Positions 25,933-35,933 of a DNA stretch of 64,000 bases are shown here, one piece after another; position 1 is the stretch's first letter, and the number at the start of each line of letters is the position of its first letter. Origin of the DNA: Candidatus Nomurabacteria bacterium (GTDB taxonomy: Bacteria; Patescibacteriota; Patescibacteriia; HK-STAS-PATE-3); assembly GCA_023898465.1 (NCBI GenBank), contig CP060223.1, forward strand, positions 576,001-640,000. The letters run 5' to 3'. The translations under genes and the position numbers were made by a program. Below the pieces are notes generated by a model. It searched no databases, was not told the origin of the DNA, and worked only from the letters and a program-made list of their open reading frames with translations.

Positions 25933-26376
25933 TTACTTCAGAGTTACCTTAGCTCCGGCTTCTTCCAATTTCTTCTTCAGATCGTCAGCCTCTTCTTTGG
26001 TAGCACCTTCTTTGATCATCTTTGGTGCACCGTCGACGAGATCCTTGGCTTCTTTCAAGCCCTTCTGGGTCACTTCACGGACGACCTTGATGACAGCAAT
26101 CTTGTTGCCACCGGCTTCGGTCAACTCGACATCAAAGGAGGACTTCTCCTCTGCAGCACCGGCGTCTCCACCGGCAGCTGGCATACCAGCCATCATGACT
26201 GGAGCAGCTTGAGCTGATACTCCGAATTTATCTTCCAGCACTTTGACGAGCTCAGAGAGTTCAACCACGTTGAGCTTCTCGATTTGCTCGACCAATGCCT
26301 TAAACTTTTCTGGTACTTCAACAGCCTTGTCTTCCTTTGATTCCTCGGCTGCTGGTGTTGCGTTTTCTTCTGACAT
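25933..26376 (-). CDS. rplL: 50S ribosomal protein L7/L12
   Basis: [39 protein letters not shown]...[10 protein letters not shown] is a canonical L7/L12 C-terminal domain. Confidence 0.92.
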   Translation of the reverse strand: MSEENATPAAEESKEDKAVEVPEKFKALVEQIEKLNVVELSELVKVLEDKFGVSAQAAPVMMAGMPAAGGDAGAAEEKSSFDVELTEAGGNKIAVIKVVREVTQKGLKEAKDLVDGAPKMIKEGATKEEADDLKKKLEEAGAKVTLK

Positions 26377-26410
26377 AGTCGTAGTAAGAATAAATTAGCG
26401 AATAAAAATG

Positions 26411-26938
26411 TTAAGCTGATTTTTGATCTTTGATTGCACTGAGGACAGTGACCAAACCGCGGATATTGCCTTGGAGTACATTGACGAATCCAGACAATGG
26501 AGCTTGGATCGTGCGAACCAATTGGCCAAGGAGCTGCTGCCGTGATGGCAACTTAGACAAGGCTTCAATTGATGCGGCATTGATAAGATTTCCTTCGAGG
26601 TAGCCGCCCAAGAATTGGACGCTCTCGTGCTCTTTACGGAAATCAGCCAAGGCTTTTGCGGTTTCCACTTCATCACCGAATCCAAAAGTGATACTGATCG
26701 GCTGGTTAATTTCCTCGATACCCAGCGTCTCGTGTCCCTTTTCACCAAACACCTTTTTTAATAAGGTCTTTTTGGCTACGTGATACTCTCCACCAACATC
26801 GTAAACTGCTTGACGAAGTTTTTGCTCATCTCCAACTTGGAGTCCAGAGAATGAGGTGAAAACGGCCAAACTTGCTCGGTCGAGCTGCTCACGCAATTCG
26901 GCTAAATCCTGCTCTTTTTTGGCTTTTGATTTGCTCAT
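26411..26938 (-). CDS. rplJ: 50S ribosomal protein L10
   Basis: Internal Met start MSKSKAKKEQDLAELREQLDRASLAVFTSFSGLQV is typical of L10. The annotated upstream extension is probably leader. Located immediately upstream of rplL. Confidence 0.85.
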   Translation of the reverse strand: MSKSKAKKEQDLAELREQLDRASLAVFTSFSGLQVGDEQKLRQAVYDVGGEYHVAKKTLLKKVFGEKGHETLGIEEINQPISITFGFGDEVETAKALADFRKEHESVQFLGGYLEGNLINAASIEALSKLPSRQQLLGQLVRTIQAPLSGFVNVLQGNIRGLVTVLSAIKDQKSA

Positions 26939-27112
26939 AGTGAGATAAGATGAATAAAGAAGCGGTCTTCCGAGACCGCCTGCACTTCCCCACATTTGGG
27001 GAGAAGATTGGCTACCTCGGTAAGGTGATGGTTGAATCCGCCCTAGAGCGGACCTTACGGTCTTTGGTAGATAAATTGTCAAAACCTAGACTAGCAATCT
27101 CTCCGTATACTG

Positions 27113-27811
27113 TCAAGTAAAAATGCGTGTACCATGAAATGCCTTACCCTGGAGGGCTAATTTTACCTGCTCTAAACGCTTCCCCTGCAAAATATCCACT
27201 TCTAAGCCGTGCTTTTGGGCCAAAGCACTTGCTCGAGGATCAAATGGCGAGCTTAAACGCGGTGTCCACTTCTTAGGGATTATTTTCCTATACTCTTTCC
27301 AGTTCACTTGCCCAAGCGCTTTTGCGTCCTTATACTTCTTGGGATCCTTGGTATACACATAGGGAATGTCGGACAAATTGAGAATACGAGTGGCCCCTAG
27401 AGCAATTGCCATCTGCACAGCATCCATATCTGTTGAATGCCCTGGGACATAGCCTCCCCCTAGGAGAATCGGCCGCAACATCTTTGGCGGCTTCTCAGGA
27501 TTATCAATGAGGGTGGTATTTGCGTATGCACCAAAAATGCTACGGAGAAGATGCGCATGTACCTTCGTCGTGGCAATACCTATCCAGTCCAGATCAACTG
27601 CTTTGACGGTGGCGAGCTTCCGAGCTGCTTCATTGTAACGTTTGTTTGTCTTCCCTCCCCCGGTAATAATAACAAAGCGCTGACCTTGCCGTACAAAGCT
27701 CAAAATCAATTGACGAAACTTTTTTAAAAACGTGACATCTATTTCATCAGGCACAATCAGTGACCCGCCTAGTGAAATAATGCTTACTGGTTGTGTGGGC
27801 TGTTTTTTCAT
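27113..27811 (-). CDS. pyrH: Amino-acid-kinase family protein, probably UMP kinase (archaeal-like form)
   Basis: ISLGGS, VIITGGG and TDMDAVQMAIALGA motifs of the carbamate/UMP kinase fold. Confidence 0.55.
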   Translation of the reverse strand: MKKQPTQPVSIISLGGSLIVPDEIDVTFLKKFRQLILSFVRQGQRFVIITGGGKTNKRYNEAARKLATVKAVDLDWIGIATTKVHAHLLRSIFGAYANTTLIDNPEKPPKMLRPILLGGGYVPGHSTDMDAVQMAIALGATRILNLSDIPYVYTKDPKKYKDAKALGQVNWKEYRKIIPKKWTPRLSSPFDPRASALAQKHGLEVDILQGKRLEQVKLALQGKAFHGTRIFT

Positions 27812-28824
27812 TCTAGGTATTTCTGAACATTTACTGAATGCTCGGCAAATGTTTTTGCAAAATGCGCAACGTCATCTGCATCGGTTAAGAAATAGTAGTA
27901 CTCATTTGGAATGGGCTGAAGGGCTGAGGTGATTGCATCGAGACCGGGATTGGAAATAGGACCAGGCGGCAATCCTTGATATTTATAAGTGTTGTATGGA
28001 CTATCAACCGAGGTATCAAAACCATCATTGCCGGTAACATACTTCACCGTTACATCCGACTGAAGCGCTTGCCCAATCTCTAAACGACGGAGGAATAAAT
28101 CTGCCGCCAATCTCCTATCCTCGGTTTTTTGTAATTCTTTTTCAATAATTGAGGCAAGTGTCAGCATTTCGTAAAAACTATATCCGTATTGATCAGCTTC
28201 AGCACGTAATTCAACCGGGACTTTTTCCGCAAAAGTATCAAGTAATTTTACTGTCACATCCTCTGCTGTTGCATTCTTAAAGAAGCGATAAGTATCTGGA
28301 AAGAGAAAGCCTTCAAGCGTGCCATTCACTGGTACATCAGCCAAGAAATCGTATGGACGATTTGCATCATTAAAAGCAAGGAGAAAGGTCTTGCGTAACT
28401 CATCAGCTGACTTGTCCTGCACTTCGGCAAATGCATCGCCGAGCTGCTGAGCGATTTGTTCCTTTGTTAAGCCCTCTCGTAATCGCACAAGGATTTCATC
28501 AGCCAACACATCCCCGTCGCTTAACCTCTCCGTGATTTCAGCAACACTCAAATCAGTATTTAGGACATAGGTGCCTGCCTGCAAGTCACTTTGCACGCCT
28601 TGCAGCTTCACATAGAGACGAAAAACATTTGTGCTGCGAATAAGGCCAGCCCCTTTTAAGGTGTCAGCGATATTTTGCACACTATCCCCTTGCGCAATCA
28701 CAATAGTCTTATCCTCTGCTTCACTAGAAACTGCGCGTAAACCATTTTGATACCAAAACACACCGGTAAGTGTCAGTAGAATAACAGCGCTAAGAAAAAA
28801 AAGAAGCCTAAAACGTGTATGCAT
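27808..28824 (-). CDS. mltG: Endolytic murein transglycosylase MltG (YceG family)
   Basis: N-terminal TM, then conserved C-terminal NTYKYQGLPPGPISNPG motif of YceG/MltG. Confidence 0.8.
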   Translation of the reverse strand: MHTRFRLLFFLSAVILLTLTGVFWYQNGLRAVSSEAEDKTIVIAQGDSVQNIADTLKGAGLIRSTNVFRLYVKLQGVQSDLQAGTYVLNTDLSVAEITERLSDGDVLADEILVRLREGLTKEQIAQQLGDAFAEVQDKSADELRKTFLLAFNDANRPYDFLADVPVNGTLEGFLFPDTYRFFKNATAEDVTVKLLDTFAEKVPVELRAEADQYGYSFYEMLTLASIIEKELQKTEDRRLAADLFLRRLEIGQALQSDVTVKYVTGNDGFDTSVDSPYNTYKYQGLPPGPISNPGLDAITSALQPIPNEYYYFLTDADDVAHFAKTFAEHSVNVQKYLE

Positions 28825-28835
28825 AGCGTGACAAC

Positions 28836-29921
28836 TTAAAGGTAACGTTCAAGCGAGCGATCTTTCAAAACCTCAACTAAGTTTTTTACCTCCGCGGAAA
28901 GCTGCTTCGGCACCACCAAAACCGCATCCTTCGTATCAACTACCACCATATCACGCAAGCCTACTCCGGCAACTAATCGTCCACTATCGGAAAAAAGAAG
29001 ACTGCGTTTCGTATCGTGAGTCACAACTTTACCGCGCGTAGCGTTTTGTTGTGCACCCTGCAGGAGTAAGTCGTGAATAAGATACCACTTACCGGTATCA
29101 CTCCAACCTAGATTGCCGGACACCACACCCATTTGTTCAACATATTGCGCAATCGCCTCCTCGATTGAAGCGGCGCGCATTGCCGTGTATTCCCTCTTCA
29201 GCACTGAAGCAAAACGACGAGTCCCCTGCGCTGCACTTATCCGACGCAAGCGCGAAGTCATTAAGGGTTGGTAAGTTTCAAAGTAAGAAAGTATGGTCGA
29301 GGACTTCCATATGTACTGACCAGTGTGCGCAAAAAACTTTGGATTGCGCATAATTCGATTCAACATGGTCGACTTTGGCTTTTCAACCCACCGTTTTGCA
29401 AGATGAAAGGATTGACCATATATTTTGCCAATACTTTTTCCTAGCTCGATATAACTTAAGCCTGAATCAGGTTTTTCAACTTGGGCCGCTACCGCTAAGG
29501 CGTAAAAAGGTTTTTCGTGTAAAAATTTCTCTGCAGCGCGCAAAAGATTGCGAAACTTTTCCACATTGGTAAACACATCGTCAACAGTTAAGCTGGCAAT
29601 GACTGGATCCTCTTCTTTTGACAGTTTTTGAATAAGGACCGATTCGAGCCCAATAGCCGGACCGGTATTACGACTTACCGGCTCGACAATAATATTATCT
29701 TTGGGTAAACGAGGAAGGATTTTGCGGACAGTCGACTCAAATCCTGGACCAATAGAGACAAAGAGATCACGGGATGAGCCCAATAATGGCTTAATTTCCT
29801 CGTATTTTTGCCGTAAAAGCGAATGTTGGCCTAATAATGGGAGAAACTGCTTAGGATGTTTTTTCCGGGATAATGGCCACAATCGAGTACCAGAACCGCC
29901 GGCGCGAATAACTATTTTCAT
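28836..29921 (-). CDS. Mannose-1-phosphate guanylyltransferase-like sugar nucleotidyltransferase
   Basis: MKIVIRAGGSGTRLWPLSRKKHPKQF (G-x-G-T-R-L nucleotidyltransferase signature). Confidence 0.7.
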   Translation of the reverse strand: MKIVIRAGGSGTRLWPLSRKKHPKQFLPLLGQHSLLRQKYEEIKPLLGSSRDLFVSIGPGFESTVRKILPRLPKDNIIVEPVSRNTGPAIGLESVLIQKLSKEEDPVIASLTVDDVFTNVEKFRNLLRAAEKFLHEKPFYALAVAAQVEKPDSGLSYIELGKSIGKIYGQSFHLAKRWVEKPKSTMLNRIMRNPKFFAHTGQYIWKSSTILSYFETYQPLMTSRLRRISAAQGTRRFASVLKREYTAMRAASIEEAIAQYVEQMGVVSGNLGWSDTGKWYLIHDLLLQGAQQNATRGKVVTHDTKRSLLFSDSGRLVAGVGLRDMVVVDTKDAVLVVPKQLSAEVKNLVEVLKDRSLERYL

Positions 29922-30463
29922 ATGAGTTTCCTTCGCATAATGATTTCATAGGCTCGGAGGATAGGAAGCGCCCAATCAGCGCTAGGGATCTCGCCGTCTA
30001 ATGCCAGACGGGCTGCTTTTCGCAATGGAATACAGCGCAAGACATTAGGTTCATCGTCTGGATTCTCTCGTTGTTTCAGAGTAATGTCCCTGGCTAAATA
30101 CAAAAAGCGATCCCATTTCCACGACCCTCCGCCGTGGTAATCATAAAGCAAACTAAGTTTTTTCGCCTTAATGCCCGTTTCCTCATAGAGTTCACGAAGT
30201 GCGGCATGGCGCGGTGTCTCCCCTTGTTCCACCTTCCCGCCCGGCAGACGTAGAGCCGTCTTCTGAATTCCTATTCGGTATTCCTCTATCAAATACACGT
30301 TTTTCTTCTTATCCACCGCTACAACATTCACTGACGATGGTCGCTCCATCACCTCACGTGTTACTCGACGACCATCTGGCAATGTGACAAAAGCAGTACG
30401 GAGTGTAAATAAGGAACCCCGGAAGACTACTTTTGACGAAAGTTCTTGTTCAATGTTTGGCAT
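29918..30463 (-). CDS. NUDIX hydrolase
   Basis: Nudix box GGKVEQGETPRHAALRELYEETGI. Confidence 0.8.
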   Translation of the reverse strand: MPNIEQELSSKVVFRGSLFTLRTAFVTLPDGRRVTREVMERPSSVNVVAVDKKKNVYLIEEYRIGIQKTALRLPGGKVEQGETPRHAALRELYEETGIKAKKLSLLYDYHGGGSWKWDRFLYLARDITLKQRENPDDEPNVLRCIPLRKAARLALDGEIPSADWALPILRAYEIIMRRKLI

Positions 30464-30555
30464 AGGCGCTGAGTATCTTAGTATACCAGAATTTTATGCA
30501 CTCACCTATTTTACCTACTAGCGCTTCGCGATATTAAAGACGCTTAAGCTAGGGT

Positions 30556-30586
30556 TGACAAAAATAGTAATGTTGTGCTATAAACC
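30556..30586 (+). promoter_or_regulatory. Sigma70-like promoter TTGACA-18-TATAAA upstream of the surface-protein/sortase operon
   Basis: gggTTGACAaaaatagtaatgttgtgcTATAAAcc read directly. Confidence 0.4.
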
Positions 30587-30708
30587 TATGTCATGCTATG
30601 CTATTTACCAGCGTGAATTCCATGTTGTACGTGGTACTCAACATTCACTCTCAATTACACATTTCGGCATCATAGCCGCCTTTTTCAATACCATTAACTC
30701 TGTAAATT

Positions 30709-33081
30709 ATGCGAATCTTCGCACTAAAAACACTACGTCTCCTTAGTACTCCAGCCCGCAGCATTCTTGTGGGTGGACTTATTTTCGGTTTAATCGCCCA
30801 GCCACTGCTATCGGCTGCTGCGGTCCTGCCTCTTGATCAGGATGGTTCTGAGGGCGGTGGCGGTGGAATCGCCCCACAAACACAAGGCACTGACCAGCTT
30901 GTATTCGAAAAAACCTTTGATACAAACAGCCCTGCTGGAATGGCGAACTACATTCTTTCTTATGAGAATACAGGCGCTGTGCCGGTCTATAACGCTGTAG
31001 TCACTGACACCTTGCCTGATGAATTGCAATATCTCAGCTCAACTCCAAGCGGAAATGAAGCCGGTGGGGTTATTAAGTGGGATTTAGGCACTTTGGGCGC
31101 TGGTGTTTCGGGTGAAATTTATCTAAGCACAGTCATCGATAATGAAGCACTTGAGAACTGCGCTGACCTAACCAACACGGCCAATTTACAGGCAAAGCGA
31201 CCCGACACAACTCCGGTTGATCATCGTTTTGATATTACGGTCACTTCCACGGAAAATTTCTGCCCAATGGCGCCAGATCTCAGCATTACCAAGACCATTG
31301 TTGAGGAACAGCTTGGCTACATCGATTACACTCTCACCTATGAGAATAACGGTGACTGGCCAGCTTACAATGTGGAGATTCGGGATGTCCTGCCAAGCGG
31401 TTTAGCTGATATGGAAATCGATCCCCAACCAACTTTGGATGGAAATGACGCCGTATGGAACATTGATGCTATTCAGCCTGGTGATGGCGATACGATTTCA
31501 TTCCGCGTATGGTTTGACGCAAGTCAAGCTACTTGTGGTCCAATCGTAAATACCGCAACCATTACTCAACAAGACGGTCCTACACTGCAGGCCCAATATC
31601 GTGAGCGCAACCTCTCAAACAACGAGAGTCAAGTCAGCACTCAGCAGATCTATGGCATCTGTACTGGCACCATCCAGGGTCAGAAATGGAATGATGAAGA
31701 TGCAAATGGCATCTGGGACAATGCTGAAACAGGACTTGAGGGTTGGACTATCAACCTCCTGACTTCCTGCTCTCAGGATTTTGACGACTATAATTACGAC
31801 AGCACGAATGATGTTATTGATCTCGGTGACTTTGTTGGCTGGACCGATCACTACGTGCACAACATGGCTGATGCCGATCTTAACCAAGATGGCATCCTCA
31901 GTAAGCTTGACTTAAGCTGTCTCGGGATTTGGTTTAATAACGGACCAATCACTGATAGCATGTCTCTCGTCGCAAGTGACGTTACTGATGCTAATGGCAA
32001 CTATGTTTTTGACGGATTAGAAAAAGGTAGCTACTGGCTAAATGAAACTATGCAAGACGGATGGGAACAAAGCTTCCCTCTTCTTGATCCGATTGGTCCG
32101 TACAGCATTATCAGCGATGGCCAAGTGTTACAAGGAAGTGACTTTGGTAACCACGTAATTGATGATGGTGATAATCAAGGAGAGCGAACTCCTGTTATCA
32201 CACTAGAGAAAGAGGCTCTGGCAAATGCTAGCGCAAGTGGTGCTAATGTTTCCTATCTCTTAAACTACACCGTTGCTGATGCTACAGCTACAAATCTGGT
32301 CTTGGTAGATCAACTGCCACAGTACACAAACTTTATTAGCGCAAGTGACAGCGGCGTCTATGATGCAAATGCGCGAACAGTGACATGGAGCCTCGGCACA
32401 GTGAATCCAGGCAGCTATTCTGTTTCCATCACCTTAGCGCTTGATGACACAATCCCGGATGGCACCGTGGTAACAAACACTGCCCTACTCTCCGGTGACC
32501 GACTTACCCAAATCCAGGATAATGCAGAAGTGACTGTTTCATCTCAACCAGTCTTAAGCGTTGAAAAATTAGTAAACGTAAGTACAGCAAAAACTGGCGA
32601 AACTCTGCTCTATACTGTTCGCATTAGCAACGAGGGTAGCGATGTTGCTCATAATGTTAGCTTGAGCGATGTACTGCCACAAGGATTCCTCACTACTGAA
32701 AATAGCCTCGCCTCCTTCACTAAGAATTTGGGCGACCTGGCAGTTGGTGATTCCATTAGCACCTCATATGAAGTAACAGTCGGCAACAGCGTAAGCAGCG
32801 GTGACTATGTAAACACTGCAACAGCCAGAGCTGACAACGCTGACCCAGTGACAGCAACTGCTACGGTAAGCGTCAGTGCTGGTCAAGTACTTGGCGTCTC
32901 TGATGAAGCAAGTACAGAAGATACCAACACCGCGCAAGGTCAGGTGTTAGGTGCTGAGGACACGCTGCCAGAAACAGGTGCAGGAGTTATGGACTACCTC
33001 CTCCTCATCCTTGCTTCAGTAATTATTGTAGCTGGCGCGCTCACACTCCGCCGCAGCTACAGCCGCAGCCACCTTAACTAA
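30709..33081 (+). CDS. Cell-surface protein with DUF11/CnaB-like repeats and C-terminal LPxTG sorting signal
   Basis: Signal peptide. Repeated Thr/Asn-rich beta domains. C-terminal LPETGAG then hydrophobic helix and RRSYSRSHLN positive tail. Confidence 0.75.
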   Translation: MRIFALKTLRLLSTPARSILVGGLIFGLIAQPLLSAAAVLPLDQDGSEGGGGGIAPQTQGTDQLVFEKTFDTNSPAGMANYILSYENTGAVPVYNAVVTDTLPDELQYLSSTPSGNEAGGVIKWDLGTLGAGVSGEIYLSTVIDNEALENCADLTNTANLQAKRPDTTPVDHRFDITVTSTENFCPMAPDLSITKTIVEEQLGYIDYTLTYENNGDWPAYNVEIRDVLPSGLADMEIDPQPTLDGNDAVWNIDAIQPGDGDTISFRVWFDASQATCGPIVNTATITQQDGPTLQAQYRERNLSNNESQVSTQQIYGICTGTIQGQKWNDEDANGIWDNAETGLEGWTINLLTSCSQDFDDYNYDSTNDVIDLGDFVGWTDHYVHNMADADLNQDGILSKLDLSCLGIWFNNGPITDSMSLVASDVTDANGNYVFDGLEKGSYWLNETMQDGWEQSFPLLDPIGPYSIISDGQVLQGSDFGNHVIDDGDNQGERTPVITLEKEALANASASGANVSYLLNYTVADATATNLVLVDQLPQYTNFISASDSGVYDANARTVTWSLGTVNPGSYSVSITLALDDTIPDGTVVTNTALLSGDRLTQIQDNAEVTVSSQPVLSVEKLVNVSTAKTGETLLYTVRISNEGSDVAHNVSLSDVLPQGFLTTENSLASFTKNLGDLAVGDSISTSYEVTVGNSVSSGDYVNTATARADNADPVTATATVSVSAGQVLGVSDEASTEDTNTAQGQVLGAEDTLPETGAGVMDYLLLILASVIIVAGALTLRRSYSRSHLN

Positions 33082-33087
33082 GAAACA

Positions 33088-34101
33088 ATGCGTACACGGC
33101 AAAACCTCACTGTCATCCTTATCACTTTAGGCCTTCTGACAGGAGGTTTTGCTTCTGCGCAGAGCATCGAGCGGCCAACCCAAACGCAAGTTCCAATTGT
33201 ACAGTTAGCGCTAGATGGCCCAAGCCAAGTAGATGCTGGGGCTACTTTTACCTACACACTTCGCTACTCAATTAGCGATTTCAGCACGAGTAATGTTGTC
33301 CTCTCTTTAGCGCTCCCGGCCCGAGCTATTCTGCTTGAGAATAGTGGTAATGGCGCAATCAACGATGTGACGCAAAGTGTAGAATGGAGTTACTCAAACA
33401 AGGAAATTGGCGACTATACCGAGACTGCCACATTTAGCGCCTTAACACCTGCGCCAAATGGTACGGAAATATCTTTTCAGGCAACACTAGACAGTGACGA
33501 GACTGAGGTAATTTCCGCGCAAGCAAACAGCGCAATAATGTCGAGCCCTAAGCTTGAATATCGCTCTCAGCTTTCCTCCCCTATTCTCCAGCCTGGTGGT
33601 GAAATAACCGTAACACTCACTATTGATAATTCTGGTTCTGATGATGCAAATGGTGTGCAATTACATGAAGTACTTCCAGAAGGACTGCATTCCGCTGATC
33701 AAGGAGAGTTGTCATACTCACTCGGCACAATTCCAGCTGGTCAGCAGGTCGAAGTAAGTTATCCGGTGCGCGCTGATGCAGGATTACTCAATCAAGAATA
33801 TATTGGCAAGTTAGCGTTAAGTGCTACAAATGTAGCAATGCAAACATCTGACCATATTTATATTGTTCGGCAGCCTCTCGTTCTAGGAGCAGAGGCTGAG
33901 GCTCTAAATCAAACAAGTCAGGAGTCTGCAGCTCAAGAAGGACAAGTACTCGGCGCAGAGACTGAGTTAAGTCCAACAGGTATGAGCTTCTGGGATTGGC
34001 TACTCATCTATGCTGCCGCTCTCTTATTAGCCCTAGGTGTAACGACTCTTATTTTCGCCCCTCACAGTAAAGAACACGATAAGCGCATTGAAGAAAAATA
34101 A
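33088..34101 (+). CDS. Cell-surface protein with variant sorting signal (LSPTG)
   Basis: Signal peptide. DUF11-like repeats. C-terminal LSPTGMSFWDWLLIYAAALLLALGV then charged tail. Confidence 0.65.
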   Translation: MRTRQNLTVILITLGLLTGGFASAQSIERPTQTQVPIVQLALDGPSQVDAGATFTYTLRYSISDFSTSNVVLSLALPARAILLENSGNGAINDVTQSVEWSYSNKEIGDYTETATFSALTPAPNGTEISFQATLDSDETEVISAQANSAIMSSPKLEYRSQLSSPILQPGGEITVTLTIDNSGSDDANGVQLHEVLPEGLHSADQGELSYSLGTIPAGQQVEVSYPVRADAGLLNQEYIGKLALSATNVAMQTSDHIYIVRQPLVLGAEAEALNQTSQESAAQEGQVLGAETELSPTGMSFWDWLLIYAAALLLALGVTTLIFAPHSKEHDKRIEEK

Positions 34102-34793
34102 TGCCAAGCGATACCAAGGCCTCGGGGGAGCTCAAACAAACTAAGCAGAGCAGTAAGGCAATGCCACAGATTGGATGGAGTCAGCGACGACTTCGCACAG
34201 TGCGTATTCTGGCTATTGTACTTATTCTTATTGGAATTGGCGTTATCCTCTACCCCTTCTTCCCTGCCATTCGCTACGAGCTTTTTCATCCAGAACCCGC
34301 ATATCCCTACAGCACTAAACTACAAGAAACGAATGTCGAGGAAAATGGTGGACACCTCCCAGACGTTGCTGATACACTCCCCTCAGAAAGCCGCCTCGTC
34401 ATCCCAAAAATTGGGGTGAACATGCAGATTGTTGAAGGAGAGAATGAGTCCGCACTTTTCCGCGGATCATGGCGTTTGCCGCAAACTTCGACACCTGAAA
34501 AAGGCGGCAATACAGTCCTGACTGTGCATCGCTTCCAGTATCTCGCCGGACCCAATACCCTCGCCCTGGCTGATCGTTTAGAGGCTGGCGATATCGTGAT
34601 AGTGTATTGGAAAGGACAGGATGGACAAGTAAAAGAGTACGACTACCAAATAAGCAAAACGTATTTAGTCGACCCGCACCAGGTGGAAATCCTCGACAAC
34701 ACTGAGGAGCCTAAACTCACACTTTTCACCTGCGCCCCAATGTTTTCAACCAAACAACGACTCGTTATTGACGGAGCATTAATAGAAAATTAA
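34101..34793 (+). CDS. srt: Sortase (transpeptidase)
   Basis: N-terminal TM anchor. Conserved catalytic H (TVLTVHRFQY) and the TLxTC active-site motif (LTLFTCAP). Confidence 0.8.
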   Translation: MPSDTKASGELKQTKQSSKAMPQIGWSQRRLRTVRILAIVLILIGIGVILYPFFPAIRYELFHPEPAYPYSTKLQETNVEENGGHLPDVADTLPSESRLVIPKIGVNMQIVEGENESALFRGSWRLPQTSTPEKGGNTVLTVHRFQYLAGPNTLALADRLEAGDIVIVYWKGQDGQVKEYDYQISKTYLVDPHQVEILDNTEEPKLTLFTCAPMFSTKQRLVIDGALIEN

Positions 34794-34805
34794 CTATTCA
34801 CCGAT

Positions 34806-35879
34806 ATGGCTATGACTAAACCGCAAACTGTTGGAGGGATGCGAACAATGTCGTGGCGAACTATGCTGAAAAGCATATTCATCGCTGCGTTCGTCTTAGT
34901 AAGTGCCAGCTGGACAAGCACCGTCCTGGCTGAAGAGGCAAATATTGACCTCGTAATCTCCCCTACTCAAGCAGGGATCACGGCGGGAGAAAGTATGCAA
35001 TTCAGCCTGCAGGCCACTAATCGCGATACTGGTGCAAGCTGGGATGCAACTAACTACGCGAGCTTTAGCACTACCGATCCAACCGGCACAATCACTGGGG
35101 GTCTTTATCAGGCTCGCAGTGCCGGGACCTGGACTATTAACGCTGACTACTCCGGCCGTACTATCAGCACGAAGGTAAATGTCACACCTGGCCCTGTTCA
35201 GCACATCGTAATTGATCCGAACTCTTATCCTGAGTATGTCACCGTGACGAAAGTGAAACAGTTCAGCGCTCGAGCCTATGACGCTTGGAATAACCAAATT
35301 TCAAATCCTGAGCTTCGTTGGTCATTAAGCGGAAATATCGGCACCCTCAGTACTGAGGGAGTCTTTACTGCTACGCAAGTTGGCGAAGGCACTATAACCG
35401 TAAGTTCTGAAACTGTCAGCGCCAAAGTAGACGTGGTTGGTCAAACCGCTCGAGTGGTAAATACAAATGTAAGCACTAGTAATGCCAACACATCAAATAG
35501 CAATGTGAGTGAAGAAAATGAGAGTACAAGCGGTGAAGTACTCGGTGAAAATGATGAAATGACTGGTGATGAAGAAATGATGACTGATGAGGAAGCGAAC
35601 GAAGCAAGTTGCTGGGATATCCACTGGTGGGGATGGCTACTCACTATGATCGTTTACTTCGTTCTCCTCTACGGATTCTACTACATGGTTCGAGGCACTG
35701 ATGACAGCTGGATCTGGATTGGACCCGTAGTTCTTACTGCCGCGGCTCTGGCAATCTTCTTTGCCTTCCGCTGCGACGGCACTGCAGCCTGGTTCCCCTG
35801 GCTAAGTATCATCGGCGGACTCTTGATCACGCTTTTCCGCCCATTAAAGTTCGTACCAAAAAACGGCGACTCTCTCTAA
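34806..35879 (+). CDS. Surface/membrane protein with Big_2-like Ig domains and C-terminal TM helices
   Basis: Signal peptide. Ig-like repeats. Acidic linker. C-terminal multi-helix hydrophobic region. Confidence 0.5.
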   Translation: MAMTKPQTVGGMRTMSWRTMLKSIFIAAFVLVSASWTSTVLAEEANIDLVISPTQAGITAGESMQFSLQATNRDTGASWDATNYASFSTTDPTGTITGGLYQARSAGTWTINADYSGRTISTKVNVTPGPVQHIVIDPNSYPEYVTVTKVKQFSARAYDAWNNQISNPELRWSLSGNIGTLSTEGVFTATQVGEGTITVSSETVSAKVDVVGQTARVVNTNVSTSNANTSNSNVSEENESTSGEVLGENDEMTGDEEMMTDEEANEASCWDIHWWGWLLTMIVYFVLLYGFYYMVRGTDDSWIWIGPVVLTAAALAIFFAFRCDGTAAWFPWLSIIGGLLITLFRPLKFVPKNGDSL

Positions 35880-35896
35880 TTCGTCGCTACAAAAAA

Positions 35897-35921
35897 CCCT
35901 GGCAGAGCGTCAGGGTTTTTT
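35897..35921. terminator. Bidirectional terminator between convergent genes
   Basis: AAAAAACCCTGGCAGAGCGTCAGGGTTTTTTG. Confidence 0.7.
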
Positions 35922-35933
35922 GTTTGTCGCTTT

